From IMG/VR virus record IMGVR_UViG_2751185860_000001, positions 12,733-76,732 of that record: a DNA stretch of 64,000 bases; one strand, written 5' to 3'. The notes beneath the pieces were generated by a model. That model had not been told where the DNA came from, searched no databases, and saw only the letters and a list, made by a program, of their open reading frames with translations. Positions 51,036 through 60,006 of the stretch are shown here, one piece after another. The first letter of the stretch is position 1. The number at the start of each line of letters is the position of its first letter. A program made the translations under genes and the position numbers. This DNA is from a virus. Its lineage: Duplodnaviria; Caudoviricetes.

Positions 51036-52348
51036 AACCTTTCTGCAGGGTGATGTCTAATGGTGAGGATGTCACAAAAGCTTTAATGGATTATGTTCTA
51101 TCCATTGAAATAACCGATGAAGCAGAAGACAAAAGTGATCGGATCACCATAGAGCTCGATGATCGTGCGCGCATCAGTGATAATGGTTTTTTAGAGATCC
51201 CTTTAATTGGAACAGTTATTTCTATAACGCTTGGTTATGAAAATGGTAAAGCACGTGACATGGGATCCTATCTGATTGATGAAATATCTGTCAGCAGTCC
51301 ACCACAAAGTTTAAGTGTGACAGGACGTGCGGCTTCTATGAACACGTCTTACCGAACCCCCAAAAGTCAGTCTTATCATCAGATAACACTGGGCAAGATT
51401 ATTCAAGAGATAGCAACACGCAATGGCTATATTCCCGAGGTTGATCCTTCTCTTGCAAAGATTGTCGTGCGTCACATTGATCAAACGGGTGAAAGCGACA
51501 TGGCTTTTGCAACACGTCTTGCTGCAGAATATGACGCTGTCGTAAAGCCTATGGATAACAGACTTGTTCTAGCTAAACGTGGTGAAGGAAAAGCCATTAC
51601 TGGAGAGATGCTGTCTGTGGTCACTATTCATGAAAGGATGTGTAGCTCTTGGGATTTTAAATATAATGCACGCGATGAAGCAGGGGAAGCCCAGGGCTTA
51701 ACATCGGGTGAAGGGGATGATCAAAAAGCTGCATCAGCAGCACAAAACCCAGAGACAATTGAAGAGTATGATGAAGAAACATCCATTCATATGGATGAAT
51801 CTCCTTTGCGTTCATTAGCTCGTTCAGAAAACACACTTAAAAAGCAAGAGAAAGTTGAAAAGCAAGAGGAAGAAAAGAAAGGAGGTGTGATAGCAACCTA
51901 TCATGATTTACGCAGTGGTGAAAAGAAAGAGGTCAAAACCGGTCAAGCGCCTTTTCATGAATTAAAATATACCTACCACAATCAATCAGAAGCCGTTGCT
52001 GCTATTGCCGCTTATCGTAATAAATCATCACGGGGTAAAGCCACATTTTCGTGTGATATGGGTGGAGATCCATTCATTCAAACTGAAATGAAGCTTATCC
52101 AAGTCCCTCCTTTCCGTCCTTACATTCCAGAACAATGGCGCATTAAAAGTGTCAAACATCGGTTGGATACAGCGGGCGGTTATACAACAAGCATAGAGTG
52201 TGAACTGTTTAATGAAGCACAAGAGAATACAGCGCAAAACGTCATAAACACCACACCCGATAAAGACGACACAATAGATGATAACGCCCCGCCTCATGCT
52301 TACGATGAAGGTGAAGGTGTTATTCATATGGAAGGGGAAGATACATGA
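51032..52348 (+). CDS. Late control D / baseplate hub
   Basis: TDEAEDKSD, QTGESDMAFATRLA. Confidence 0.9.
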   Translation: MKPFCRVMSNGEDVTKALMDYVLSIEITDEAEDKSDRITIELDDRARISDNGFLEIPLIGTVISITLGYENGKARDMGSYLIDEISVSSPPQSLSVTGRAASMNTSYRTPKSQSYHQITLGKIIQEIATRNGYIPEVDPSLAKIVVRHIDQTGESDMAFATRLAAEYDAVVKPMDNRLVLAKRGEGKAITGEMLSVVTIHERMCSSWDFKYNARDEAGEAQGLTSGEGDDQKAASAAQNPETIEEYDEETSIHMDESPLRSLARSENTLKKQEKVEKQEEEKKGGVIATYHDLRSGEKKEVKTGQAPFHELKYTYHNQSEAVAAIAAYRNKSSRGKATFSCDMGGDPFIQTEMKLIQVPPFRPYIPEQWRIKSVKHRLDTAGGYTTSIECELFNEAQENTAQNVINTTPDKDDTIDDNAPPHAYDEGEGVIHMEGEDT

Positions 52349-53532
52349 CAGAGATTGTAGAAAAATTACTCAATGGTGAATGCAAAGCACGTACACAAGG
52401 TCTGGTGAAATCCTTAGCACAAGAGATTGGTTGTGAAGAAGCTGTCGTTGCTGCGATTATTTCTGTGGAGTCAGATGGTAAAGGTTTTGATGATGAACAG
52501 CGTGTAAAAGTCCTTTTTGAAAAACATCAGTTTTATAAGAATTTACCCCCTCATAAGCGTAAACAAGCTGTCAAAGAAGATCTTGCGAGAGAGAAGTGGA
52601 TTAGCCCCAAAGATGGAGGATATAAAGAGCAAAAAACAAACACTCAAGCTTTACAATTACTTATTGCAGCTATGACCATTGATGAAGACGCTGCTTTAAA
52701 ATCTGCTTCTTATGGTGCTGGTCAAATTATGGGAAATAACTATGGTATCCTTGGTTGGAATAGTGTTCAAGATTTTGTCACCAGCATGTGTTCGTGTGAA
52801 GACGAGCAAATAAGAGCAATGTTTTCCTTTTTCAAAGTTCGTGGTCTTGCCTCAAGTTTACGAGACAAAGATTTTAATGCCATTGCACGCGTTTACAATG
52901 GCAGTGGTATGGTTAAAGAATATGGCCGACGCATGCGTAATGCTTATTGTGCTCTCTCAAAAAAATCAGCAGAGGTTAGTAATTCTGTTCGTGCCAATGG
53001 TTTACGACTAGGGTGTAAAGGCTACCGTGTTGAAGGATTACAAAAACGTCTTAATGATCTTGGTTATCCTGTTGCCATTGATAGCGATTATGGACCAGAT
53101 ACACGCAGTGCAATCTTTTCATTTCAAGCTGATCATAATTTAGAGGTTGATGGTGTTGTTGGTGCAAAAACCCAAGAAGCACTTGATATAGCCACGCCAA
53201 TGATTAGTCCTCGCCGTTCTGGTGTCAGTATGGCGGATTTGAGAAAAAAGGGTACGAACATTATTAAAGATGCGGATAAAACCCAAATGGTGGGGGGTGC
53301 TGTTGCTGCCAGTTCAACTCTCATAGGAGCAGAACAGATGGGGCTATTTGATAGTCTTAAACTCTCGATAGGAAAAATGAGTTCTATTGTAGAGCCGCTT
53401 GTTCATATTGGTAAAGCAATCTCGGATCATTGGTGGATGGCTGCTATTTTTGTAGGATTGATTATTGTTCTCGTCTCAGATCGTGTCAAAAGAACTTATC
53501 TAAAAGCTTACAAGAAAGGCAGAGCTATTTAG
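52345..53532 (+). CDS. N-acetylmuramidase (DUF3380-like) endolysin with PG-binding domain and C-terminal TM
   Basis: VESDG...LFEKH...SASYGAGQIMG; LEVDGVVGAKT. Confidence 0.9.
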   Translation: MTEIVEKLLNGECKARTQGLVKSLAQEIGCEEAVVAAIISVESDGKGFDDEQRVKVLFEKHQFYKNLPPHKRKQAVKEDLAREKWISPKDGGYKEQKTNTQALQLLIAAMTIDEDAALKSASYGAGQIMGNNYGILGWNSVQDFVTSMCSCEDEQIRAMFSFFKVRGLASSLRDKDFNAIARVYNGSGMVKEYGRRMRNAYCALSKKSAEVSNSVRANGLRLGCKGYRVEGLQKRLNDLGYPVAIDSDYGPDTRSAIFSFQADHNLEVDGVVGAKTQEALDIATPMISPRRSGVSMADLRKKGTNIIKDADKTQMVGGAVAASSTLIGAEQMGLFDSLKLSIGKMSSIVEPLVHIGKAISDHWWMAAIFVGLIIVLVSDRVKRTYLKAYKKGRAI

Positions 53533-53564
53533 GAAGCTATTTTAAGAAAAAAGGAGAGCAGCGG

Positions 53565-53780
53565 ATGAAAAGATATTTGGTGATTGTAATAACAGCGTCC
53601 ATCGCTTTCTTTATAACTTTAGCAAAGGCATTTCGTCTTGGAAAGAAAGTTGAACAGCACAAACAAACAGAAGAATCTTTAAAAGTAGCAACAACAAGGT
53701 TGGAAATAGAAAATGAGATTAACAAGAAACGTGATGATGATGTACGTGCTGCTCTCTCTAACTGGGTGCGCGACAAATAA
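53565..53780 (+). CDS. i-spanin, putative
   Basis: Homologous to 19528-19755. Confidence 0.65.
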   Translation: MKRYLVIVITASIAFFITLAKAFRLGKKVEQHKQTEESLKVATTRLEIENEINKKRDDDVRAALSNWVRDK

Positions 53781-53928
53781 ATACGCTTCCTCTTGTCTTG
53801 GATGGTTGCCTATTTATTTAGACAGAAAAGATCTCAATGCAATCAGTCCAAACTTAGCACGAGACATTTTAAAGCATAATGAACACGGTAAACAGTTGTG
53901 TGGATGGATGCATGTTGACAAAACCTGA
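53713..53928 (+). CDS. o-spanin lipoprotein, putative
   Basis: Lipobox LTGC; homologous to 19688-19900. Confidence 0.7.
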   Translation: MRLTRNVMMMYVLLSLTGCATNKYASSCLGWLPIYLDRKDLNAISPNLARDILKHNEHGKQLCGWMHVDKT

Positions 53929-53941
53929 ATAACTTGCCCTG

Positions 53942-54175
53942 CATACAAATATAAAACTTAACCTCTCCCCATTTTACAGGGGAAAGGTATGGTTATATTC
54001 TTTGTAATTAAGCAGCCTTTGCAACAGGGCTTTCTAAAACACGCTTGGCTTCTGTTGTAACTGATTTGTAATGTTCAAGCTCTTTTTCAAAACCATTTGC
54101 ATCTAATAAACGTGTCATAATTATTTCTAAAATTTCACCAATACCTGAAGGTGATTTTAATAAATCACGAGAAAA
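53942..54175 (-). repeat. 234-bp inverted repeat, right copy
   Basis: Reverse complement of 21975-22208. Confidence 0.95.
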
Positions 54176-54502
54176 TAATTCATAATTGGGTTGTAATTGA
54201 CCTTCGAGTTCCATCCAACGATCAATAATCTTAGCACGTAACACTGTGCTATAACCTGAGATTAAAATAAGGCACTCACGTTTGGGAAGGTTAAAGCAAG
54301 GAAGTATACGACCTGTTGAATCTTTGTATGAACTTGCAAAATCACTCAATCCAAATTTGGATTGAGTACTTTGAGGATATAATTCTCCAAGAATTTTCCG
54401 GATATCACGCATTATATGAGCATGTTGCTTACCACACAAATCTGCAATTTCACGACTGGATATTGTCAGTGTAGTTTGTGGGTTTTTTACTAAATTATTC
54501 AT
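54008..54502 (-). CDS. Rha-family regulator/antirepressor
   Basis: ISSREIADLCGKQHAHIMRDI...LRAKIIDRWMELE; C-terminus identical to the 21588 ORF. Confidence 0.9.
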   Translation of the reverse strand: MNNLVKNPQTTLTISSREIADLCGKQHAHIMRDIRKILGELYPQSTQSKFGLSDFASSYKDSTGRILPCFNLPKRECLILISGYSTVLRAKIIDRWMELEGQLQPNYELFSRDLLKSPSGIGEILEIIMTRLLDANGFEKELEHYKSVTTEAKRVLESPVAKAA

Positions 54503-54530
54503 AATGAACTCCTAGGTAATAGATGGTTTG

Positions 54531-54794
54531 TTAATGACACCCAAAAGGGCGCCGGGTGCTAACAAACACGGTACCTAGTCCGTCGTTATGCTTTCCCCAT
54601 AAAGGGTATTGTATAACATAACTACACCCGACGAGGTCATTATATGCAACATACATACAATGAGTCAAAGTCTTTAATATGTGCGGAAGACTGATTATTT
54701 CGGCAACCAATCCGCTAGGTATTTTAAGGTGTTTGTTAGGCACCTGATTCGCATATATAAATGCTTCCGTGATTTTGTCAAACAAAAAATTCAC
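54531..54794 (-). CDS. Small Icd/Ash-like ORF, copy 2 (start uncertain)
   Basis: QYPLWGKHNDGL shared with 21384-21587. Confidence 0.4.
   Translation of the reverse strand: MNFLFDKITEAFIYANQVPNKHLKIPSGLVAEIISLPHILKTLTHCMYVAYNDLVGCSYVIQYPLWGKHNDGLGTVFVSTRRPFGCH
54690..54750 (-). ncRNA. C4/CI-like antisense RNA (putative), copy 2
   Basis: AGGTG-CCTAACAAA-CACCT hairpin; TAACAAACAC is complementary to the target at 54560-54569; TTGACA promoter near 54782. Confidence 0.65.
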
Positions 54795-54806
54795 CGCACT
54801 TAGTTA

Positions 54807-54990
54807 AGTAAAGGGGTTTCGCTCAAAAATGAGCAAAAGTTACATCCTTCCTAAATTCATAATCTTGAATACGTTCAGTAATCCAATCTGCAAATTCACT
54901 CAGCCCAAATTTGGGCTCAGTGAATATTTGTCTAAATAAGTGCCCCCAAATTTGGGTTCAGTACTTTCAGAGTATAATTCTTCAAAGCCA
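54807..54990 (-). pseudogene. Chimeric Rha/AntA antirepressor remnant
   Basis: Minus-strand fragments EELYSESTEPKFGG and EPKFGLSEF-ADWITERIQDYEF. Confidence 0.7.
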
Positions 54991-54991
54991 T

Positions 54992-55483
54992 TTACTCTAA
55001 AGGAGAGTAGACAGCATTTAAGTTAAACAAATGTACAAGACTGTTTATAAAACCACGCATTTGAAGGCAAATAGTGCACACAAAAATTAGAAAAAAGTAC
55101 CATAACAAAACATCCCAATAAAAATAAAATTCCCATTTTGAATCAAAAGGTAAAACAATGTCTTGTCTGAGATTAGTTGGGAAAAGTAACAACAAAAGTG
55201 CTATAAAGACTATATTCAAAAAACTATACAAATATTTGCGCAAATAAACTGTTACAGTATTCAAATCTGTTGTTTTTTCATATTGATGTTTAGGGTTGTG
55301 ATACAATTCTGAAGCAAGTTTGGAATTAAAGAAAGCTGTCATAAAAATCATTGTTATCACAATGGCAAGAGATGAAAATATTAAAACAGCTTGAATAAAT
55401 TCAATGCTTTTTTCTATTTGCAAAAATTGCAACACTGTAAATCCTATGATGTATATCGCTACAGTTCCAATTATTTTAAACAT
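54992..55483 (-). CDS. Hypothetical multi-pass membrane protein
   Basis: 163 aa with about four hydrophobic segments. Confidence 0.65.
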   Translation of the reverse strand: MFKIIGTVAIYIIGFTVLQFLQIEKSIEFIQAVLIFSSLAIVITMIFMTAFFNSKLASELYHNPKHQYEKTTDLNTVTVYLRKYLYSFLNIVFIALLLLLFPTNLRQDIVLPFDSKWEFYFYWDVLLWYFFLIFVCTICLQMRGFINSLVHLFNLNAVYSPLE

Positions 55484-55485
55484 AT

Positions 55486-55875
55486 TCAGCTTTCTAGATT
55501 CTTCCCAGTATTTTCAATTTTAGGAAGATCACCCCCGTTAATCCAAGCTCTTATTTGCGCTATCATACTAAAGTCCGCATTATCTGGAGTTTTATCATAG
55601 TCATAAACACGCCCTGGAAACCTTTCAAATGTTCGTCTTCCATCTTCGTACTCATAAAGGTTGTAAAAACACTCAACCGATTGCGTCGTCCATGAATCAT
55701 GATAAACCAATGGCTCATAACGCTCATAACCATGAACAGTGTCCAAAAAATGTTTTTTCATTGGTTTCGGAGGGGTTTCACAGAAAAGATATTTTAGAAA
55801 TTTCATAGTTATTATCCTGATTTTAGTACAACCTTGAAAGTTTAAATTTTGCTTATGAAAACAGTTAAGCCGCAT
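55486..55875 (-). CDS. Hypothetical protein (start probably near 55806)
   Basis: ORF between methylase and membrane gene. Confidence 0.55.
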   Translation of the reverse strand: MRLNCFHKQNLNFQGCTKIRIITMKFLKYLFCETPPKPMKKHFLDTVHGYERYEPLVYHDSWTTQSVECFYNLYEYEDGRRTFERFPGRVYDYDKTPDNADFSMIAQIRAWINGGDLPKIENTGKNLES

Positions 55876-56800
55876 TGCAAAGTGATGTTGTATTCTGTTC
55901 TAGTGATTGTGGAATTTTGATTTTAGGTGAAAAAATCATCAGCTCTTGAGCTTTTCTCTTATTTTGTAGAGAATACCGTATATTAAATTCTACTTTAGGA
56001 TATTGATTGTACAAGAGTTTAACTTCTTCTACATTGTCATAAGTAATTAACCAAAGAGTATTCACATGTTTAGAAATGGTATTTTCTAAATAATGATGAT
56101 CTTTAGTTTTATAAAATGCAGTATACAATCCTTTTCCCTTTTTAAAATATGGGGGATCTATATAAAGGCAAATGTTTTCATCTTTATCTTTTCTTCCATG
56201 ACGTAGTAAAAACTCCTGTGCATCTAACTGTGTTAAGTATATCCTATCTTTTTTTGCGCTTATATTTCTAATTCGGCCAATTAAATTTTCTTTATTGAAT
56301 CTACAGTCTATTTTGTAATTCCCAGTTTGCTCTTTTCCTCCAATGGGACCAGCATTTTTAATAATTCCTGATCTGTTTGTTCGATTCAAAAAAAGGGCAG
56401 CAAACCCTACAGAAAGTACATCTGCTTTTTCAGGAGAAATTTCTTTTTGTTTGTACCATTCTTCTAAGTTAATAGTCGTCGTGTTAATCTTTTCTATTAA
56501 TTCTTCTGTCTTGTACAAAACACAATGCCAAAAACTCCAAATAAACGGGTCAATATCGTTAATGTAAATATCTTTCACATCACCATTTAAAAGAAGTTTT
56601 AAAGCCAATCCGCCACCACCAGCAAAAGGTTCACGATAAGAACATCCGTTTAATCCATTTGTCTCAAAGATTTCTTTGATTTTTTCATAGAGTGCAGTCT
56701 TGCCGCCCGGATACCTTAATGGAGAATAACTACAAACCATCTCTTTCAACCCCTCAATATTAGAAAAAAACGTGATGAAAATATTCTCATGATCCCTCAC
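55865..56800 (-). CDS. Dam-type (D12 class) N6-adenine DNA methylase (start probably near 56740)
   Basis: SPLRYPGGK, EPFAGGGG, YIDPPY. Confidence 0.92.
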   Translation of the reverse strand: MRDHENIFITFFSNIEGLKEMVCSYSPLRYPGGKTALYEKIKEIFETNGLNGCSYREPFAGGGGLALKLLLNGDVKDIYINDIDPFIWSFWHCVLYKTEELIEKINTTTINLEEWYKQKEISPEKADVLSVGFAALFLNRTNRSGIIKNAGPIGGKEQTGNYKIDCRFNKENLIGRIRNISAKKDRIYLTQLDAQEFLLRHGRKDKDENICLYIDPPYFKKGKGLYTAFYKTKDHHYLENTISKHVNTLWLITYDNVEEVKLLYNQYPKVEFNIRYSLQNKRKAQELMIFSPKIKIPQSLEQNTTSLCNAA

Positions 56801-56961
56801 GACTTTTTTCTCAAATTAGCTTCATACAGAGCGTTTTATGTTCCCAATGTGGAATTATCAAAAAACTTTCAAATCTCTCTCTAAGATGCGTTTCTGTTGA
56901 TTTAAACGCATATCTAATCCAAAAGTGATCACCATTTCTCTCTACTTTGCTGTTCTAAAAC

Positions 56962-57534
56962 TCATGAAGCCGTTCTTGTGAGGGGAATGACATTTCCTCC
57001 TCTCTCCTGTCCTTTCAGTGCCTTCTTGCGAGTATTTTCAATCGCTCTATGCACATACCAAGCTTTGCAAAGCACCTCGCTTTCTATCTCCTGACAGTAG
57101 GAAGAAAGTTCTGCACATGTGGGCATGAATACCTTTGACATCCCTTCAACCTGACCGGTGAGAATATTTTCAACGGCTTGTGCAAGAGCGTATGCTGAAA
57201 CATCCTTGAGTGTGAGCTTGTAGGATGAGGAAACTACATTGGGATCTGTGTTAGCTGGAACTCTCAAACTCGAAAGCAAGAAAGCTGCTTTCTTAATCTG
57301 CTCATCCGAAGCTTTCATACTGAGCAATCTCTGCAGACTGTTGTAAACTTCTAATGCTGTCATCTCCTCCTGTTTCGTCAATTCGCTCCCACTCTTGAAG
57401 ATCAATGGATACCCCGAACTGATCCTCTTCATAAGCATTTCCAGATGAGAAATCATCTCTGGAACTTTCGAAACTTTCTGCAAGACGTTCGCTGAAACTT
57501 TTTTGTCGCTGAGAATAATTTTCATACCTACCAT
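56962..57534 (-). CDS. Hypothetical protein following replication initiator
   Basis: AAGGAAA RBS before ATG; FMPTCAEL motif; overlaps upstream gene by 233 nt. Confidence 0.6.
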   Translation of the reverse strand: MVGMKIILSDKKVSANVLQKVSKVPEMISHLEMLMKRISSGYPLIFKSGSELTKQEEMTALEVYNSLQRLLSMKASDEQIKKAAFLLSSLRVPANTDPNVVSSSYKLTLKDVSAYALAQAVENILTGQVEGMSKVFMPTCAELSSYCQEIESEVLCKAWYVHRAIENTRKKALKGQERGGNVIPLTRTAS

Positions 57535-58486
57535 TTTGTTTTTCCTTTTCCAGTTTTGCTTTTTTCTTAGCTAAAAGTCCATAATCGGAAGTAACCCAGT
57601 TGTACCATGTCCGCTGCCAATCCTTGATTTCTGCACATTTTCTTGGTCTTGCTAGCCAGTAGTTTTTAAATCTCTCAAACTCTGACAACGCCTCTTCATG
57701 CGTTAAGCCCTTGTCGATTGCGTATTTCAAGTTAGGTTTGAAATCCTCAGGAATGCTACTCTCTCGTCTATCCCTAGATCGCTTGGTTTTCTTTTCAGTG
57801 CTTTTTTGCTCTGAAACGGGTGATTGGTTTTCTGATGAGGGGGTATCGTGATCCAAATGCTTCTCAACCATCTCATCGGTTGTTTCATCTTGAACCGAAA
57901 CTTCAGTTGCTAAATTTTCTGAAGCAATTTCTTTTTTTGATAACACGATAGTGTTAGTTTTTTTATATATCTGATTCTGATTCTTTATAGCTTGATTTTG
58001 CTTATCGTTTGCTTGAAGCAAAAAATCGTTTTGCTTAAATTTTGCTTGAAGCAAATTATTATTTTGCTTATCGTTTGCTTCAACAAAATCATTAGCAAAT
58101 TGTTTTTTAAGCATTTTTGCTTGTGCACCTTTTTTCCCAGCTTCACTGCGCACTTGCGATATATGCTCTTGTCTATCAGTAAAATCTTTAAGCTCTTCTT
58201 CTACACGAAGATTCCATAATCCTTCATCTGTTTGGATTAACTTGTCATTTTTTATTAAATAATCGACAACAGTTGTGAACTTTTTTTCAGTGCAATTGCA
58301 TACACGTGCAAGCGTTTTGAAATCTTCTTTCACAGGTGACTTTTTGTCATACATGCGAATAAGAAGCGTAACATAAATTCCTCTTTGTTCTGGTGTCATT
58401 CCATCTGTACCGTTGTTCCAGTCATACAAATAGAATCTTATCCAGGGCAATTTAGCTGACATAGCTTTCCCCCTCTCTTTTCTCAT
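57302..58486 (-). CDS. Replication initiator (DUF1376/YdaU-like N-domain)
   Basis: LPWIRFY..DW...EQRGIY; NQNQ linker; FERFKNYW...DWQRTWYNW C-domain. Confidence 0.8.
   Translation of the reverse strand: MRKERGKAMSAKLPWIRFYLYDWNNGTDGMTPEQRGIYVTLLIRMYDKKSPVKEDFKTLARVCNCTEKKFTTVVDYLIKNDKLIQTDEGLWNLRVEEELKDFTDRQEHISQVRSEAGKKGAQAKMLKKQFANDFVEANDKQNNNLLQAKFKQNDFLLQANDKQNQAIKNQNQIYKKTNTIVLSKKEIASENLATEVSVQDETTDEMVEKHLDHDTPSSENQSPVSEQKSTEKKTKRSRDRRESSIPEDFKPNLKYAIDKGLTHEEALSEFERFKNYWLARPRKCAEIKDWQRTWYNWVTSDYGLLAKKKAKLEKEKQNGRYENYSQRQKSFSERLAESFESSRDDFSSGNAYEEDQFGVSIDLQEWERIDETGGDDSIRSLQQSAEIAQYESFG
57950..58100. repeat. Iteron cluster, candidate phage origin
   Basis: TTTGCTTGAAGCAAA palindrome at 58008 and 58041; TTTTGCTTATCGTTTGCTT at 57997 and 58062; adjacent A/T tract. 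Confidence 0.6.
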
Positions 58487-58802
58487 TCTGTCTTACAGTG
58501 TTTGAAGTTTCACTGTTGGTATCAAGATCAAATGCTGATGAGGTATGCCATAAACGTCCATCTTCTAAACGAATGATACGACCACAACGGATTAAAGCTT
58601 CTAATATCTTTCGAAACGTTTGCACTGAACAGCCGCACAAATTTGTTAATTGAGAAGCATTGTTAAAAATAGGAGCGCCTTTATCAATCATGAGCAACAC
58701 CAATGTTGTGTAAACAGCGGTTTCTGCTGGTTTGAAACCCTCAAGCTCTTTTAAAAATTGACTAGGATAAAATTTTACCCAGGGTGATTTAGTTGCCATC
58801 AC
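58452..58802 (-). CDS. Stand-alone DUF1376-like protein
   Basis: PWVKFY...ETAVYTTLVLLM parallels the initiator N-terminus. Confidence 0.7.
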   Translation of the reverse strand: MMATKSPWVKFYPSQFLKELEGFKPAETAVYTTLVLLMIDKGAPIFNNASQLTNLCGCSVQTFRKILEALIRCGRIIRLEDGRLWHTSSAFDLDTNSETSNTVRQNEKREGESYVS

Positions 58803-59271
58803 TGTTTTCCCTCTCTTTCATTAAATATAAAATTGCCAAAGCATCTGCTTCATTATCATCTTCAGGCTCATGTCCTTTTGCACGCACAGCCTTAATCATT
58901 TCTGTTTTGGGGGCATTGCCTCTGCCTGTCATTGCTTTCTTAATCGTAGCAATAGGGATGCCGTCATAAGGAATCTGATAGCGTTCACACCAAGCGGTTA
59001 AAATTGCTAACAAGCCCCCATAAACGTGAGCAGCATCTGTACCAATGTGACAGCGCACTTCTTCAAAATACACCGCATCAATGTGTCCTAGTATCGCTTT
59101 GGTTTCTGTAAGCCATCGCTTAAATCTCAAATACCTCATCCCACCGCCTTCAAATCGACGTGTAGGAAAATGCACTGTTCCACTGGCTATCGTGCCGTCT
59201 TCAGAAGAAATTGCCCAACCTGTTTTCGTACCTAGATCAAGACAAAGAATGGTTTGTGAATGAAAGCTCAT
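58789..59271 (-). CDS. RuvC-like Holliday junction resolvase
   Basis: LCLDLGTKTGWA, FEEV, NEADALAIL. Confidence 0.85.
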   Translation of the reverse strand: MSFHSQTILCLDLGTKTGWAISSEDGTIASGTVHFPTRRFEGGGMRYLRFKRWLTETKAILGHIDAVYFEEVRCHIGTDAAHVYGGLLAILTAWCERYQIPYDGIPIATIKKAMTGRGNAPKTEMIKAVRAKGHEPEDDNEADALAILYLMKERENSDGN

Positions 59272-59276
59272 GACAT

Positions 59277-59852
59277 TTATTGCCCTATCTGTTGGGCATC
59301 ACGTTGAGTGGAAGCACTCGCATCAACCTCTGTGTTATCGCCAAAATGCTTACCGGAACGGATCTTTTGATCGCCAGCAATATGAGCATTGCCAGCAACT
59401 TCTGCATTAAAACAAACTTCTGCACCACCGTGAACCTGAGCATTACCATGAACATTGGCATCGTCATAAACAAAAGCATTGCCATGAATCAAAGCATTGC
59501 CGTGAACCTGTGCTCTACCGTGAACATTTGCATCGCCAAAAACCCGAGCATTGCCATGAATCAAAGCACTGCCGTTAACACGCGCATTACCATATACCTG
59601 GGCATCATTCCAAACTGAAGCACGACCATAAACCTTGGCATCCTGATAAACCTGGGCATCTTCATAAACCCAGCAATGGCCATAGTGAGAAAGATTGTCT
59701 TCTTTTTCTATAAAACCACCAAGTTCACCAGCTTCAATAAAACCAAAGTATCTTAAAGCTCTAATTCGATAAAGAGTATGGCTGCACTTCCTTCCAAATC
59801 TTAATATATGAACTTGCTTACTTTCTTCCGTTAGCTCGTATTTTATCTTCAT
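59277..59852 (-). CDS. Hexapeptide-repeat (left-handed beta-helix) phage protein
   Basis: Tandem AxVxG(N/D) repeats. Confidence 0.85.
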   Translation of the reverse strand: MKIKYELTEESKQVHILRFGRKCSHTLYRIRALRYFGFIEAGELGGFIEKEDNLSHYGHCWVYEDAQVYQDAKVYGRASVWNDAQVYGNARVNGSALIHGNARVFGDANVHGRAQVHGNALIHGNAFVYDDANVHGNAQVHGGAEVCFNAEVAGNAHIAGDQKIRSGKHFGDNTEVDASASTQRDAQQIGQ

Positions 59853-60006
59853 AATTGTCTCATCAGTTTAGGCAATATACGGCCATGCACGCTATGACAG
59901 AGCGTCTAGCGAGTAACTCGATTGAAAAAATGTTTTTGAAAAGTAGCCTTCTTAAAACTCTGAACGCTAAACTAATGAGATGGCCACGTTTAAATGGAGT
60001 ACAAGG

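Noticed and set aside
59280-59618. Plus-strand repetitive ORF
   Set aside because: Shadow of the hexapeptide-repeat gene
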